Notes: a model not told the origin generated them from the letters alone. A stretch of 64,000 nucleotides of DNA from Pseudomonadota bacterium (GCA_030684355.1 JAUXTN010000147.1:8687-72686), one strand, 5' to 3'; counted from the first letter of the stretch, positions 17,744 to 29,964 are shown. Made by a program: numbers and translations.

Positions 17744-19387
17744 CTACTCCCCGTGCGCGCCGGAGGCGGCGTCCGGAGCGGGCGCGTGGTGGGCGGGGGG
17801 CGCGGCGTGGGTGGGGGCGTCGTCGTGAGGGGCGGCCGCCGGGGCCGGCGCCGCGGAGGCCGCGCCGATCCAGGAAGGGACGCCGCCGGCCGCGAGGTAG
17901 GGCGTGCCGTCGAAACGCTCTTCCATCCGCGCCACGAAGGCGTTGACCGAAGGGTTGATGCGGTCCAGGAAGGGCTGCGGGAACACGCCCATCACGAAGA
18001 TGAGCACGATCAGCGGCGCCATGTACCCGATCTCCCTCGCGTTGAGGTCCGTCAGGGTCTGGTTCGCGCGGTTGGTCAGGGGCCCGAACATGACCCGCTG
18101 GAACATCCACAACATGTAGGTGGCGCCGAAGATCACGCCGGTCGTGGCGATGGCGGTCGGGATGGGCGCGTATTGGAAGGCGCCGAGCAGGATCATGAAC
18201 TCGCCGACGAACCCGTTCGTGCCCGGGAGGCCGATGGACGAGAGCGTCACGATCATGAAGGCCACCGCGAACAGGGGCACCACCTTGGTGAGGCCGCCGT
18301 AGTCCACGATCTTGCGCGTGTGGCGCCGCTCGTAGAGCACGCCGACGAGGAGGAACAGGGCGCCCGTGCTCACGCCGTGGTTGAGCATCTGGTAGATCGA
18401 CCCGGCCACGCCCTGCGGGTTGAGCGCGAAGAGGCCGAGCATCACGAACCCGAGGTGGCTCACGGAGCTGTAGGCGACGAGCTTCTTCACGTCGTCCTGC
18501 ACCATCGCGACGAGCGCGCCGTAAACGATGCCGATCACGCAGAGGGCGATGAGGAACGGCCCGAACGCCATGGTGGCTTCCGGGAAGAGCGGCATCGCGA
18601 AGCGGTAGAAGCCGTAGGTGCCCATCTTGAGCATCACGCCGGCCAGCACCACCGAGCCACCTGTGGGGGCCTCGACGTGGGCGTCGGGCAACCAGGTGTG
18701 GAGCGGGAACATCGGCACCTTGATGGCGAACGCGAGCGCGAAGCAGGCGAACATCCAGAGCTGGGTGTCGTAGGGGATGTTCAGGGCGAGGAGGCGGCCG
18801 AGGTCGGTCGTCCAGGTGCCCTCGACCTGGTGGTGCAGGACGTAGAGCCCGATGAGCGCCACCAGCATCAACAGGGAGCCGACGATCGTGTACACGAAGA
18901 GCTTGACCGCCGCGTACAGGCGGCGCTCCCCGCCCCAGATCCCGATGAGGAAGTACATCGGGAGGAGGACGAGCTCCCAGAACAGGTAGAAGAGGAACGT
19001 GTCGAGGGCGACGAACGTGCCGATCATCGCGCCTTCGAGGACGAGCATCAGCGCGAAGTAGCCGCGCTGGTTCTTGTCCACGCCGCTGAACCCGGCGAGC
19101 ACGATGATGGGGGTCAGCACCGTGGTGAGCAGGATGAGCAGGAGGCTCACCCCGTCGATGCCGACGTGGTAGCTCACGCCGAAGGCGGGGATCCAGTCCA
19201 TCTTCTCGACGAGCTGGAAGAGCTCGGCGCTGTTCGGATCGAACTGGAACCACAGCGGGATGGACACCAGGAACGCGAGCACCGACACCGCGAGGGCCGA
19301 GGACTTCGCGGCCCGCTCGGGGAGCGCAGCCACGATGGCCGCGCCGACGATCGGGAGGAAGGTGACGAGGGAGAGCAGGGAGGGCAT
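17744..19387 (-). CDS. nuoM: NADH-quinone oxidoreductase subunit M
   Basis: WIPAFGVSYHVGIDGVSLLLILLT and HTWLPDAHVEAPT motifs. It carries a ~55-aa Ala/Pro/His-rich C-terminal tail. Confidence 0.95.
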   Translation of the reverse strand: MPSLLSLVTFLPIVGAAIVAALPERAAKSSALAVSVLAFLVSIPLWFQFDPNSAELFQLVEKMDWIPAFGVSYHVGIDGVSLLLILLTTVLTPIIVLAGFSGVDKNQRGYFALMLVLEGAMIGTFVALDTFLFYLFWELVLLPMYFLIGIWGGERRLYAAVKLFVYTIVGSLLMLVALIGLYVLHHQVEGTWTTDLGRLLALNIPYDTQLWMFACFALAFAIKVPMFPLHTWLPDAHVEAPTGGSVVLAGVMLKMGTYGFYRFAMPLFPEATMAFGPFLIALCVIGIVYGALVAMVQDDVKKLVAYSSVSHLGFVMLGLFALNPQGVAGSIYQMLNHGVSTGALFLLVGVLYERRHTRKIVDYGGLTKVVPLFAVAFMIVTLSSIGLPGTNGFVGEFMILLGAFQYAPIPTAIATTGVIFGATYMLWMFQRVMFGPLTNRANQTLTDLNAREIGYMAPLIVLIFVMGVFPQPFLDRINPSVNAFVARMEERFDGTPYLAAGGVPSWIGAASAAPAPAAAPHDDAPTHAAPPAHHAPAPDAASGAHGE

Positions 19388-19388
19388 C

Positions 19389-21452
<2,064 letters not shown>

Positions 21453-21454
21453 CG

Positions 21455-21763
21455 CTACCCCTTCATCAGGTCAAGGTCATCGAGACTGACGGTGACCCGG
21501 TTGCGGAAGAGCAGGATGACGAGGGCGAGACCGACGGCCGCTTCGGCCGCCGCCACCGCCATCACGAAGAGGGCGAACACTTGACCGTCAACTAGGCCGG
21601 AGTGGCGGGAGAACGCCACGAACGACAGGTTGACCGCGTTGAGCATGAGCTCGATGCTCATGAACACGATGAGGGCGTTCTTCCGGGTGAGCACACCGCC
21701 CACGCCGGTCGCGAAGAGCACGGCGCTCACCGCGAGGACCGGGAACAATCCGACCGACTCCAT
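21455..21763 (-). CDS. nuoK: NADH-quinone oxidoreductase subunit K
   Basis: Internal ATG 21763 of track ORF 21455..22333. Sequence [51 protein letters not shown] overlap with the nuoJ stop. Confidence 0.93.
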   Translation of the reverse strand: MESVGLFPVLAVSAVLFATGVGGVLTRKNALIVFMSIELMLNAVNLSFVAFSRHSGLVDGQVFALFVMAVAAAEAAVGLALVILLFRNRVTVSLDDLDLMKG

Positions 21764-22266
21764 CAGATCTCCCTCTTCGCGAGCACGACGGCCCCGACCA
21801 ACGCCACCGTGAGGAGCACCGAGACGACCTCGAACGGGAGCAGGTAGGCTCCCGAGAAGATCGACGTACCGACCGAGGCCACCTTGCCGTACCCGTCCGG
21901 CAGCGCTGCGGGCGCGGAGACGGGCAGGGCCTCCAACGCCGTGATCAGGCCGGTGCCGAGGACACCCGCGATGAGCATTCCCACCAGGCCTCGACGCGAG
22001 AGCTCCAGGATGGGCACCGGGGCGTCGTGACGCAGGTTCAGCAGCATGATGACGAAGATGAACAGCACCATGATGGCGCCGGCGTACACCAGGATCTGGA
22101 TGACCGCGACGAAGTGGGCGTCCAGCAGCACGTAGTCGGCGGCCAGGAAGAAGAAGCACACCACGAGCGACAACGCGCTCGCGATGGGGTTCCGGGCGAG
22201 CACCACGGAGAACCCGGCCACGATGGCCACGAGCGAGAAGAGGTAGAAGAGAACCGCTTCGGTCAT
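21763..22266 (-). CDS. nuoJ: NADH-quinone oxidoreductase subunit J
   Basis: [35 protein letters not shown]...[19 protein letters not shown]. Confidence 0.93.
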   Translation of the reverse strand: MTEAVLFYLFSLVAIVAGFSVVLARNPIASALSLVVCFFFLAADYVLLDAHFVAVIQILVYAGAIMVLFIFVIMLLNLRHDAPVPILELSRRGLVGMLIAGVLGTGLITALEALPVSAPAALPDGYGKVASVGTSIFSGAYLLPFEVVSVLLTVALVGAVVLAKREI

Positions 22267-22304
22267 CGGCTGCCCGGTTTGGGGGGATGGGCGGTGGGGT
22301 GCGC

Positions 22305-22333
22305 GGTTTACGACGCCGGGGGGGCGCTGTCAA
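22305..22333 (-). promoter_or_regulatory. Candidate internal promoter in the nuoI-nuoJ gap
   Basis: The minus strand reads TTGACA-N17-TAAACC, inside the only sizeable (94-nt) intergenic gap of the nuo cluster. Confidence 0.25.
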
Positions 22334-22360
22334 CGCGTGCGGAGGAGGGCGTGCTCGTCG

Positions 22361-22927
22361 CTACGCGACAGGCTTCTCGTCGAACGTGTAGCCGGCGGGC
22401 GCCTGCTCGGGATGGGCCCGGTAGACGTCCTCCGCCTCGGGCTTCAAGCCGTCCATGAGGTTGATCATGTACGACTTGTTGTGGACCATGTCCTGCCGGG
22501 TGTAGGCGTTGATCTCGTAGATCTTCGTGTCCATCCGGATGGCGTCCTTCGGGCACGCCTCGACACAGAAGCCGCAGAAGATGCAGCGCAGCATGTCGAT
22601 GTCGAACTCGATGGGGAACTTCTCGGCCGGGTCGTCCGCGGCCTCGCCGGCGATGATCGTGATGCACTTGGCCGGGCAGATCGTCGGGCAGCACATGCAC
22701 GCGACGCACTTGACCTTGCCGTCGGGGCGGGTCGTTAGCCGGTGGGCGCCCCGGTAGCGCGCCGCCATGGGCTTGCGCATGTCCGGGTATTCGATGGTGC
22801 GGAAGCGGTCCTGGTCGAGGATGTTCTTGATGACGTGCGACATCGTCAGGAACATCCCCTTGATCACCTCGACGAGGTAGACCGACTCAGGGGTCGACAG
22901 CTTCTTTCTTGGCGCGGGGAGAGCCAT
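22361..22927 (-). CDS. nuoI: NADH-quinone oxidoreductase subunit I (2x[4Fe-4S])
   Basis: Start re-set to ATG 22927 (MALPAPRKK). Two ferredoxin motifs are present: CVACMCCPTICP and CIFCGFCVEACP. Confidence 0.94.
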   Translation of the reverse strand: MALPAPRKKLSTPESVYLVEVIKGMFLTMSHVIKNILDQDRFRTIEYPDMRKPMAARYRGAHRLTTRPDGKVKCVACMCCPTICPAKCITIIAGEAADDPAEKFPIEFDIDMLRCIFCGFCVEACPKDAIRMDTKIYEINAYTRQDMVHNKSYMINLMDGLKPEAEDVYRAHPEQAPAGYTFDEKPVA

Positions 22928-22941
22928 AGCGGCGGACCTCT

Positions 22942-24279
22942 TCAGGCGAACAGGGACTCTTTGACGATGATCCAGACGGCCGCGACGAACACGTTCACCA
23001 GCGCGACCGGCAGCATCACGCGCCAGCCGAGGTTCATGAGCTGGTCGTAACGGAAGCGCGGGAGCGTCCACCGGACCCAGATCATGATCCAACACCCGAG
23101 GAGCACCTTCAACGCCAACGCGGTGAGCTGCAGGACGAAGGCCACCGTGTCGGGGCCGATGCCCGTGGGCCCGTTCGCGCCGATGATGCCGGAGAGGCCG
23201 AGGACACCGACGCCGGCGTGCACGACCGCGAGGCCCAACCAGGTCGCGGTCCAGAACTTGGGCTCGCGGTGGCGGATGTCATCGACGGCGATGGCCCGGT
23301 AGAAGGGCCGGTTGCGCCGCTTCCAAGCCAGCGCGGAGAAGAACAAGAGCACCGGCACCGCGCCGAACCCGATCAACGCGACGAGGGTGTCGGCGTTGGC
23401 CCGGATGGTCTCGCCGTTGAGGAACGGAACGTTGTACCCGCCGAAGAACAGCGTGGCCGTGACGGCCGACGCCACGATCATGTTCGCGTACTCCGCCATG
23501 AAGAACAGGGCGAAGCGGAGCGAGCTGTACTCGGTGTGGTACCCGCCGACGAGCTCGGCCTCCCCTTCCGGGAGGTCGAACGGGGTGCGATTGGTCTCGG
23601 CGAACGCGGCCACCCAGAAGAGGATGAACGCGATGGCGCCGGGAACGCTGAACACGTTCCAGTTGAACGCCGGGATCGAGATGAACCCGAGCTCGAGCGG
23701 GAGCGCCTGCTGCTCGGCGATGACCGAGAGGGACAGCGAACCGGAGCCGAGGAAGATGACCACGGCGGAGAGGCCCATGGCCAGCTCGTAGCTGACCATC
23801 TGCGCGCTCGCGCGGAGGCCGCCGAGGAGGCTGAACTTGTTGTTGCTCGCCCAACCGGCGAGCATGATGCCGTAGACGCCGAGGCTGGTCATCGCGAGCA
23901 CGAAGAGCAGCCCGCCGTCGATGTCCGAGACCTTGAGCGGCACGCCCATGAAGGTGTCACCGAACGGCACGACGATGAAGGTCACCAACGCGACAGTCAT
24001 CGCGATGACCGGCGCGAGCGCCCAGTAGAACTTCTCGACGTGCTGCGGGACGATGTCTTCCTTCATCACCAGCTTCACGACGTCGTTGAGGGTGTGGACC
24101 AACCCTCCGGCGCGGATGCCCATGATGTCGGCGCGGTTCGGACCCGGGCGGTCCTGGATGTACGCCGCGCCCTTGCGCTCGCCCCAGATGAGGAGCGGCA
24201 CGATCTGCATGACGAAGGCCACGGCGAAGACGCACTTGCCGAGGACGATGAGGTAGGGGAGCACCGTCTCGAAGCTCAT
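22942..24279 (-). CDS. nuoH: NADH-quinone oxidoreductase subunit H (long form, 445 aa)
   Basis: GERKGAAYIQDRPGPNR, AETNRTPFDLPEGEAELVGGYHTEYS and RWTLPRFRYDQLM motifs. A ~90-aa insertion lies before the last conserved helix. Confidence 0.95.
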   Translation of the reverse strand: MSFETVLPYLIVLGKCVFAVAFVMQIVPLLIWGERKGAAYIQDRPGPNRADIMGIRAGGLVHTLNDVVKLVMKEDIVPQHVEKFYWALAPVIAMTVALVTFIVVPFGDTFMGVPLKVSDIDGGLLFVLAMTSLGVYGIMLAGWASNNKFSLLGGLRASAQMVSYELAMGLSAVVIFLGSGSLSLSVIAEQQALPLELGFISIPAFNWNVFSVPGAIAFILFWVAAFAETNRTPFDLPEGEAELVGGYHTEYSSLRFALFFMAEYANMIVASAVTATLFFGGYNVPFLNGETIRANADTLVALIGFGAVPVLLFFSALAWKRRNRPFYRAIAVDDIRHREPKFWTATWLGLAVVHAGVGVLGLSGIIGANGPTGIGPDTVAFVLQLTALALKVLLGCWIMIWVRWTLPRFRYDQLMNLGWRVMLPVALVNVFVAAVWIIVKESLFA

Positions 24280-25859
24280 GTCGATGCCTCCGCGCCGGGG
24301 ACGGCGGTGACGGCTTCGGGCGCCAGCAGGCGGCCCTCGGCACCCAGGCCCTTGAATTCCAGGCCGCGCATGCGCTCGACCGCGCGCGCCATGCCGTTGA
24401 AGGCGGCGGCCACCATCTGCGTGCCCGGGGCCTTGCCGAGGCGCGCGCCGAGGCGATCCACGACGACGTAGGCGGGAGCGGACTCACCGACGGGGTTCAC
24501 CGCGCGGCGCACGCGCTGCACGCGATCCTGGCGGTTGATGTAGCTGCCGTCCTGCTCGACCGGGTGAGCGGTCGGGACGACGATCGCCGCCGCCTGGGCA
24601 GTCGCGTTCTTGAAGGCCCCGAAGAAGACGACCGGCGGCAGGGCTGCGCCGAGGCGCCCCAGCACGTCGTCTTCGAGGACCACGAGGAGCTTGAGCTCCG
24701 GGAGCGCGGCGAGGAGCGCGAGACGATCCCCCACGTTGCCGTCGTGGCGCGCCAGGAGGCGGGCTCCGGCGGTGTTGGGGTTGCGGTCCCCGGAGAGGAG
24801 GAGGGTGTCACCCTGCGCGGCCTGACCGCCGTCGTTGCCCTCGACCACGAAGATCCGGGCCCCGGGCACGTTGGCGCGCACCATCTGCAGGAGCGCCCAA
24901 TTCGCCTCGTTCGTGGCGCGGGTCCCGAGCACGAACCCCACGCCCGCGGCGCCGGCGGCGCGGATGCGCGTGGCGATCTCGCCGGTGGCGACATCGGGCT
25001 CGACGGCCTTGCCGTCCACCGAGGCCTTCAAGATGCGCTTCAGCCCGGCGATCTCCTGGTAGGAGAGCCGACCCATGTCACACATCCAGGACTTGTTCAC
25101 CTGGTCGTTGCGGCGCGGGAGGTAACGGAACACCTCCCCTTCCTGGTGGCAGACCTGGATGTTGCAGCCGGTCGCGCAGCCGGTGCACACGCTCGCGGTC
25201 TCCTTCAGGTACCAGACGCGGCGCTGGAACCGGAAGTCCTTGTTGGTGAGCGCCCCGACGGGACAAATGTCCGCCAGGTTGCCCTGGTAGTTGTGGGAGA
25301 GACGGTCACCGGGGAACATGCCGATCTCGGTGTGGTCCCCGCGGTTCATGAGGCGAAGCTCACCGGTGCCGGTCACCTCGTCTCCGAAGCGCTCGCAACG
25401 GCTGCACTGCACGCAGCGCTCGGCGTCGAGGACGATGAGATCCCCGATGTCCTGGCGCTTGTTCTTCCCGACCTTGGGGTCGAGGCCGCGCGAGTCGTAC
25501 TGGCCGTGCTCCATGTAGTAGTCCTGGAGGCGGCACTCACCCGACTGGTCGCAGATCGGACAGTCGAGCGGGTGGTTCACCAGCAGGAACTCCATCACCG
25601 ACTTGCGCATGTGCAAGACCTGCGCGGTGTCGGTGCGGATGGCCAGGCCGTCCCGCGCCTGCATGTTGCAGGCGATCTCGAGCACCGGGCCGCGCGGCGT
25701 GGTCGTCTCGACCAGGCACATGCGGCAGTTGCCCGCGATCGAGAGGTGGGGGTGGTAGCAGTAGTGGGGGATCTCCTCCCCCGCCAACTTGGCCGCCTCG
25801 ATCATGTTGGTCCCGTTGGGGACCTCGATCTCGGTGTCGTTGATCTTGACCTTTGCCAT
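24276..25859 (-). CDS. nuoG: NADH-quinone oxidoreductase subunit G (short form, 527 aa)
   Basis: Fe-S motifs CRMCLV, HPLDCPICDQSGECRLQD, CVQCSRCERF and CPVGALT. The molybdopterin-like part is much shorter than in the E. coli or Thermus subunits. Confidence 0.92.
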   Translation of the reverse strand: MAKVKINDTEIEVPNGTNMIEAAKLAGEEIPHYCYHPHLSIAGNCRMCLVETTTPRGPVLEIACNMQARDGLAIRTDTAQVLHMRKSVMEFLLVNHPLDCPICDQSGECRLQDYYMEHGQYDSRGLDPKVGKNKRQDIGDLIVLDAERCVQCSRCERFGDEVTGTGELRLMNRGDHTEIGMFPGDRLSHNYQGNLADICPVGALTNKDFRFQRRVWYLKETASVCTGCATGCNIQVCHQEGEVFRYLPRRNDQVNKSWMCDMGRLSYQEIAGLKRILKASVDGKAVEPDVATGEIATRIRAAGAAGVGFVLGTRATNEANWALLQMVRANVPGARIFVVEGNDGGQAAQGDTLLLSGDRNPNTAGARLLARHDGNVGDRLALLAALPELKLLVVLEDDVLGRLGAALPPVVFFGAFKNATAQAAAIVVPTAHPVEQDGSYINRQDRVQRVRRAVNPVGESAPAYVVVDRLGARLGKAPGTQMVAAAFNGMARAVERMRGLEFKGLGAEGRLLAPEAVTAVPGAEAST

Positions 25860-25862
25860 GAC

Positions 25863-27176
25863 CTACGCTCCGGCGCTCGGGATGGGGGCGCTCGCCATGA
25901 CGGTCACCGCGGCCGCGGGTCGTTGGACCCGCTCGAGGAACTCGTCACGGAACTTGGTGAGGAAGCTCTGCACCGGCATCGCGGCGCTGGCGCCGAAGAA
26001 GCAGATGGTCTTGCTGTGGATGTTGTCGGCGAGGTCGCGGAGGGTACCGAGGTCCTCGGGGGTCGCGTAGCCGTCACGCACGCGGCAGAGGATCTGGTAC
26101 ATCCACCCGCAACCTTCGCGGCAGGGGGTGCACTGCCCGCAGCTCTCGTGCGCGTAGAAGCGCAGGAGGTTCGTCAGGGCGGCGACCATGTCGGTCGTCT
26201 CGTCCATGACGATGAACCCGCCGGAGCCGAGGTACGAGCCCGCGTTCTGGTTGATGGACTCGTAGTCCATCGAGCACAGGTCGACCTCGGCCGCGGTCAT
26301 CACCGGGACGGAGGAGCCGCCGGGGATGATGGCCTTGAGCTTCTTGCCGCCCCTCACGCCGCCGCAGACCTCGTCGAGGAACTGCCGCATCGGCATCCCC
26401 ATCGGGATCTCGTAGACGCCGGGCTTGTTGACGTGCCCGGAGACCGAGAAGAGCTTGGTGCCCGGGGCCTTCTCGGTGCCGAGGGCCTTGTAGGCGGCGG
26501 CGCCGTGCTCGAGGATCCAGGGGACCGCCGCGAGGGTCTCGACGTTGTTCACGACCGTCGGGGCCTTCCATGCGCCCTCGACCGCCGGGAACGGGGGCTT
26601 CAGCTTGGGCTGGCCCTTCTCGCCCTCGAGGCTCGAGATGAGCGCGGTCTCTTCGCCGCAGATGTAGGCGCCGGCCCCGAGGTGCACGTGCAGGTCGAAG
26701 TCGAAGCCGCTGCCGAGGATGTTCTTCCCGAGCAGGCCGGCCTTGTAGGCCTCGGCCACGGCCTCGTCCAGGCGCGCCTGGATGAACCGGAACTCACCAC
26801 GGATGTAGATGTAGGCGGTGTGGCAGTCGAGCGCCCAGGCCGCGATGATCATGCCCTCGATCAGCAGGTGCGGATCGAGCCACATGCAGTAGCGATCCTT
26901 GAACGTGCCGGGCTCGGACTCGTCCGCGTTGCAGAGGAGGTACACGGGCTTGTCGCCACGCTTCTCCTTCGACGGCACGAAGCTCCACTTCATGCCCGTA
27001 GGGAAACCGGCGCCGCCACGCCCACGAAGCCCCGAGTCCTTGACCACTTGCGTGATGTCGGCGGGCTTCATGGCGAGCGCGGGCGCGACGCGGGAGTAGA
27101 CCCCGCGGCTGCGTGCGACTTCGAGGGTGTGCGAACCGGGAACGTCCCAGTTCGCGCTCAGGATCTTGGGGCCCAT
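25863..27176 (-). CDS. nuoF: NADH-quinone oxidoreductase subunit F
   Basis: Start re-set to ATG 27176 (MGPKILSANW). GLRGRGGAGFPTGMKW is the FMN/NADH site. ESCGQCTPCREG is the N3 cluster motif. Confidence 0.96.
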   Translation of the reverse strand: MGPKILSANWDVPGSHTLEVARSRGVYSRVAPALAMKPADITQVVKDSGLRGRGGAGFPTGMKWSFVPSKEKRGDKPVYLLCNADESEPGTFKDRYCMWLDPHLLIEGMIIAAWALDCHTAYIYIRGEFRFIQARLDEAVAEAYKAGLLGKNILGSGFDFDLHVHLGAGAYICGEETALISSLEGEKGQPKLKPPFPAVEGAWKAPTVVNNVETLAAVPWILEHGAAAYKALGTEKAPGTKLFSVSGHVNKPGVYEIPMGMPMRQFLDEVCGGVRGGKKLKAIIPGGSSVPVMTAAEVDLCSMDYESINQNAGSYLGSGGFIVMDETTDMVAALTNLLRFYAHESCGQCTPCREGCGWMYQILCRVRDGYATPEDLGTLRDLADNIHSKTICFFGASAAMPVQSFLTKFRDEFLERVQRPAAAVTVMASAPIPSAGA

Positions 27177-27730
27177 TGCCACTCGTTGGCCTCGGGACGA
27201 GGCGTGGGAAGCGGGTTGCCACTGCGCAGACCGGAGACGATCTGGTCGACCGACTCGGGGGTCAGGAACTCGTAGAAGTGGTCGTTGACCTGCATCATCG
27301 GCCCGGAGCCGCACGACGCGAGGCACTCCACCTTGTGGAGCGTGAAGAGGCCATCCTTGCTGTTGCCGTAGGCGTCCGGCTCCAGGATGCGCTCGAGGTG
27401 CGCGATGATGCCCTCCGCGCCGACGAGGTTGCAGGACAGGGTCTGGCACACGTCGATGACGTAGCGACCGGTCGGCACCTTCTTGAACATCGTGTAGAAG
27501 CTGGCGACGGCGTGCACGTGGCTCGGCGGGATCGACAACGTGCGCGCCACCAGCCGCATCACGTCGAGATCCAGCCAACCGAAGTCGTCCTGCGCCAGCC
27601 AGAGCACGGGCATGATCGCGCCCTGCTTGGTCGGGTACTTGGCCAGGATCACCTGGATCTTGGCCAACTGTTCCGGGGACCACTCACGGGGGCCGCGAGA
27701 GGGATGATGTGCAACGGCGCCGTGGCTCAT
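27158..27730 (-). CDS. nuoE: NADH-quinone oxidoreductase subunit E
   Basis: Start ATG 27730, forming an ATGA overlap with the nuoD stop. The 2Fe-2S motifs are CQTLSCNLVGA and ECLASCGSGPMMQV. The 3' end overlaps nuoF by 19 nt. Confidence 0.93.
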   Translation of the reverse strand: MSHGAVAHHPSRGPREWSPEQLAKIQVILAKYPTKQGAIMPVLWLAQDDFGWLDLDVMRLVARTLSIPPSHVHAVASFYTMFKKVPTGRYVIDVCQTLSCNLVGAEGIIAHLERILEPDAYGNSKDGLFTLHKVECLASCGSGPMMQVNDHFYEFLTPESVDQIVSGLRSGNPLPTPRPEANEWQWAPRS

Positions 27731-28941
27731 CGGTCCAGCTCCCCTGCGATGACGTTGATCGAGCCGAGGGCTGCCACGGCGTCGGCGACCATGCCGCCCG
27801 TGATGATCTTCGGGAACACCGAGTAGTTGGCGAAGCAGGGCGGCCGGATGCGCACCCGCCAGGCGGACGGGCTCCCGTCCGACACGATGTAGAAGCCGAG
27901 CTCGCCGCAGCCACCCTCGGTGGCCGAGTAGATCTCGCCCTTGGGCGGCCGGATGCCGTGCATGATCAACTTGAAGTGGTTGATCAGGCCTTCCATCGTG
28001 TTGTAGACCTTGTCCTTGGGCGGCAGGGCCACGAGGTGGTCGTCCACCATGACGGGGCCGCCCGGGATGCTCGCGACCGCCTGCTTGATGATGCGGACGC
28101 TCTGCTCCATCTCGCGGAAGCGCACGATGGTGCGGTCGTAGGTGTCGCCACCCTCGCCCGTCGGGATGTCGAAGTCGTACTTCTCGTAGCCCCAGTACGG
28201 CTGCGCCTTGCGCACGTCGTAGGGGATGCCGGCCGCGCGGAGGCAGGGGCCGGTCACCGAGTGCTGGATCGCCAGCTCCTTGGTGATGGCACCGACGCCG
28301 ATCGTCCGGTCCATGAAGATGCGGTTGCGCTCGACGAGGCTCCGCACGTCTCCGACGGCCTCGCCCATCTCGTCGATGACCTTGATGAGGCTCTCGAACC
28401 ACCCGTCCGGAGCGTCCATCGCGACGCCGCCGATGCGCGGGTAGTTGACCATCATGCGGGCGCCCGTGAGCTCCTCGTAGAGGTCGTAGATCTTCTCCCG
28501 GTAGTTGTACATGTACCAGAAGTTGGTGAGCGCCCCGATATCCACGAGGTTGGTGCCGATGCACACCGCGTGGTCGATGATGCGCCCCATCTCGCTCGTG
28601 ATGACCCGGAGCGCCTGGGCGCGGGCGGGGACCTCGATGCCGAGGAGCTGCTCGCAGGCGTGACACCACGCGTTCGAGTTGTTGACCGGCCCCATGTAGT
28701 TGAGGCGCTCGGCGTAGGGGATCACCAGTTGGTAGAAGGTGCTCTCCGCCTGCTTCTCATACCCGCGGTGCAGGTACCCGATCTCGGCGCCGCAGTTCAC
28801 GATGGTCTCGCCGTCCAGCTGGAGCTGGAGGCGCAACGTGCCGTGGGTCGCCGGGTGAGCGGGGCCGATGTTGATCGTCAGCAGCTCGGTCGGGATCGGC
28901 TGGACGTGCGTGCCAGGCCCGCCTTGATCAAGTCGCTTCAT
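27727..28941 (-). CDS. nuoD: NADH-quinone oxidoreductase subunit D
   Basis: Start ATG 28941 (MKRLDQGG), forming an ATGA overlap with the nuoC stop. Contains NIGPAHPATHGTLRLQLQLDGE and YLHRGYEK motifs. Confidence 0.96.
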   Translation of the reverse strand: MKRLDQGGPGTHVQPIPTELLTINIGPAHPATHGTLRLQLQLDGETIVNCGAEIGYLHRGYEKQAESTFYQLVIPYAERLNYMGPVNNSNAWCHACEQLLGIEVPARAQALRVITSEMGRIIDHAVCIGTNLVDIGALTNFWYMYNYREKIYDLYEELTGARMMVNYPRIGGVAMDAPDGWFESLIKVIDEMGEAVGDVRSLVERNRIFMDRTIGVGAITKELAIQHSVTGPCLRAAGIPYDVRKAQPYWGYEKYDFDIPTGEGGDTYDRTIVRFREMEQSVRIIKQAVASIPGGPVMVDDHLVALPPKDKVYNTMEGLINHFKLIMHGIRPPKGEIYSATEGGCGELGFYIVSDGSPSAWRVRIRPPCFANYSVFPKIITGGMVADAVAALGSINVIAGELDR

Positions 28942-29471
28942 GCCCACTCCACCTTCTCGCAGAGGATCATCTCCGAGGGCTGCGAGAGCTTCTGCCGCTT
29001 GTTGATCGGGTAGTCCTTGCGGAGCGCGTGGCCGACGAACTCGTCGTGGCAGAGGATGCGGCGCAGGTTCGGGTGCCCGGTGAACCGGATGCCGAACATG
29101 TCCCAGACCTCGCGCTCTTCCCAGTTGGCGATCGCCCAGAGGTCCCACACCGAGGGGATCTCGACGGTCTCGTCGCGTACGGCCACCTTCACGCGGAAGC
29201 GGTGGTTCTTGCCCATGCTGTAGAGCTGGTAGGCGACCTCGAAGCGCCAGTCGCGCTCGTCCTCGTCACTGCCGTAGCCGAGGTAGTCGACGCCCCCCAC
29301 GTCCATAAGCCAGTCCATCTGGGTCTCCTGGTCGTCCCGAAGGAACAGCAGGAGCTCCCGGAGGGTCTCCGGAGCGATGGTCACCGCGGTCTGCCCGCGG
29401 AACGTGTACTCGGCCAATACCCGAGCGCCGAAGCGCTCCTTGACCCGGGCGAGAATGTCGGACTCGTTCAC
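28938..29471 (-). CDS. nuoC: NADH-quinone oxidoreductase subunit C
   Basis: WAIANWEEREVWDMFGIRFTGHPNLRRIL motif. Confidence 0.94.
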   Translation of the reverse strand: MNESDILARVKERFGARVLAEYTFRGQTAVTIAPETLRELLLFLRDDQETQMDWLMDVGGVDYLGYGSDEDERDWRFEVAYQLYSMGKNHRFRVKVAVRDETVEIPSVWDLWAIANWEEREVWDMFGIRFTGHPNLRRILCHDEFVGHALRKDYPINKRQKLSQPSEMILCEKVEWA

Positions 29472-29484
29472 CGCTCCCTCCCTC

Positions 29485-29964
29485 TCACCGCCAATCGGCG
29501 GCTTTCTCGGTGGAGATCTTCTCCATGATCTTCACAATCGCCCCGAGCACGTTCTCCGGCCGCGGCGGGCAGCCAGCCACGTACACGTCGACCGGGATGA
29601 TCTCGTCGATGCCCTGGACCACGGAGTAGTTGTCGTAGAAGCCGCCGGAGCTCGCGCAGGCGCCCATGGACACGACCCACTTGGGGTCTGGCATCTGGTC
29701 GTAGATCTGCTTCAAGACCGGCGCCTGCTTCTGCGTGATGGTGCCCATCACGAGCAGCAGATCGGCCTGGCGGGGCGAGAACCGCACGAGCTCCGCGCCG
29801 AAGCGCGACACGTCGAAGCGGCCCGACACCACGCCCATGAACTCGATCGCGCAGCACGCCGTCCCGAAGGGCATCGGCCACATCGAGTACTTCCGGCCCC
29901 AGTTGATCACCTCGTCGAGGCGCGTCGCGAGGAAGGGCTGGTTGACACTGGATTCTAGTCCCAT
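29485..29964 (-). CDS. nuoB: NADH-quinone oxidoreductase subunit B
   Basis: [17 protein letters not shown] and GCPPRPE are the N2-cluster ligand motifs. I prefer ATG 29964 (MGLESSV), which overlaps nuoA by 10 nt, over the track start at 29997. Confidence 0.94.
   Translation of the reverse strand: MGLESSVNQPFLATRLDEVINWGRKYSMWPMPFGTACCAIEFMGVVSGRFDVSRFGAELVRFSPRQADLLLVMGTITQKQAPVLKQIYDQMPDPKWVVSMGACASSGGFYDNYSVVQGIDEIIPVDVYVAGCPPRPENVLGAIVKIMEKISTEKAADWR

Noticed and set aside
27158-27176. The 19-nt nuoE/nuoF overlap as a possible frameshift or fusion site.
   Set aside because: Both proteins are complete. NuoE has both 2Fe-2S motifs, and NuoF has a normal N-terminus from ATG 27176. A simple overlap is sufficient explanation.
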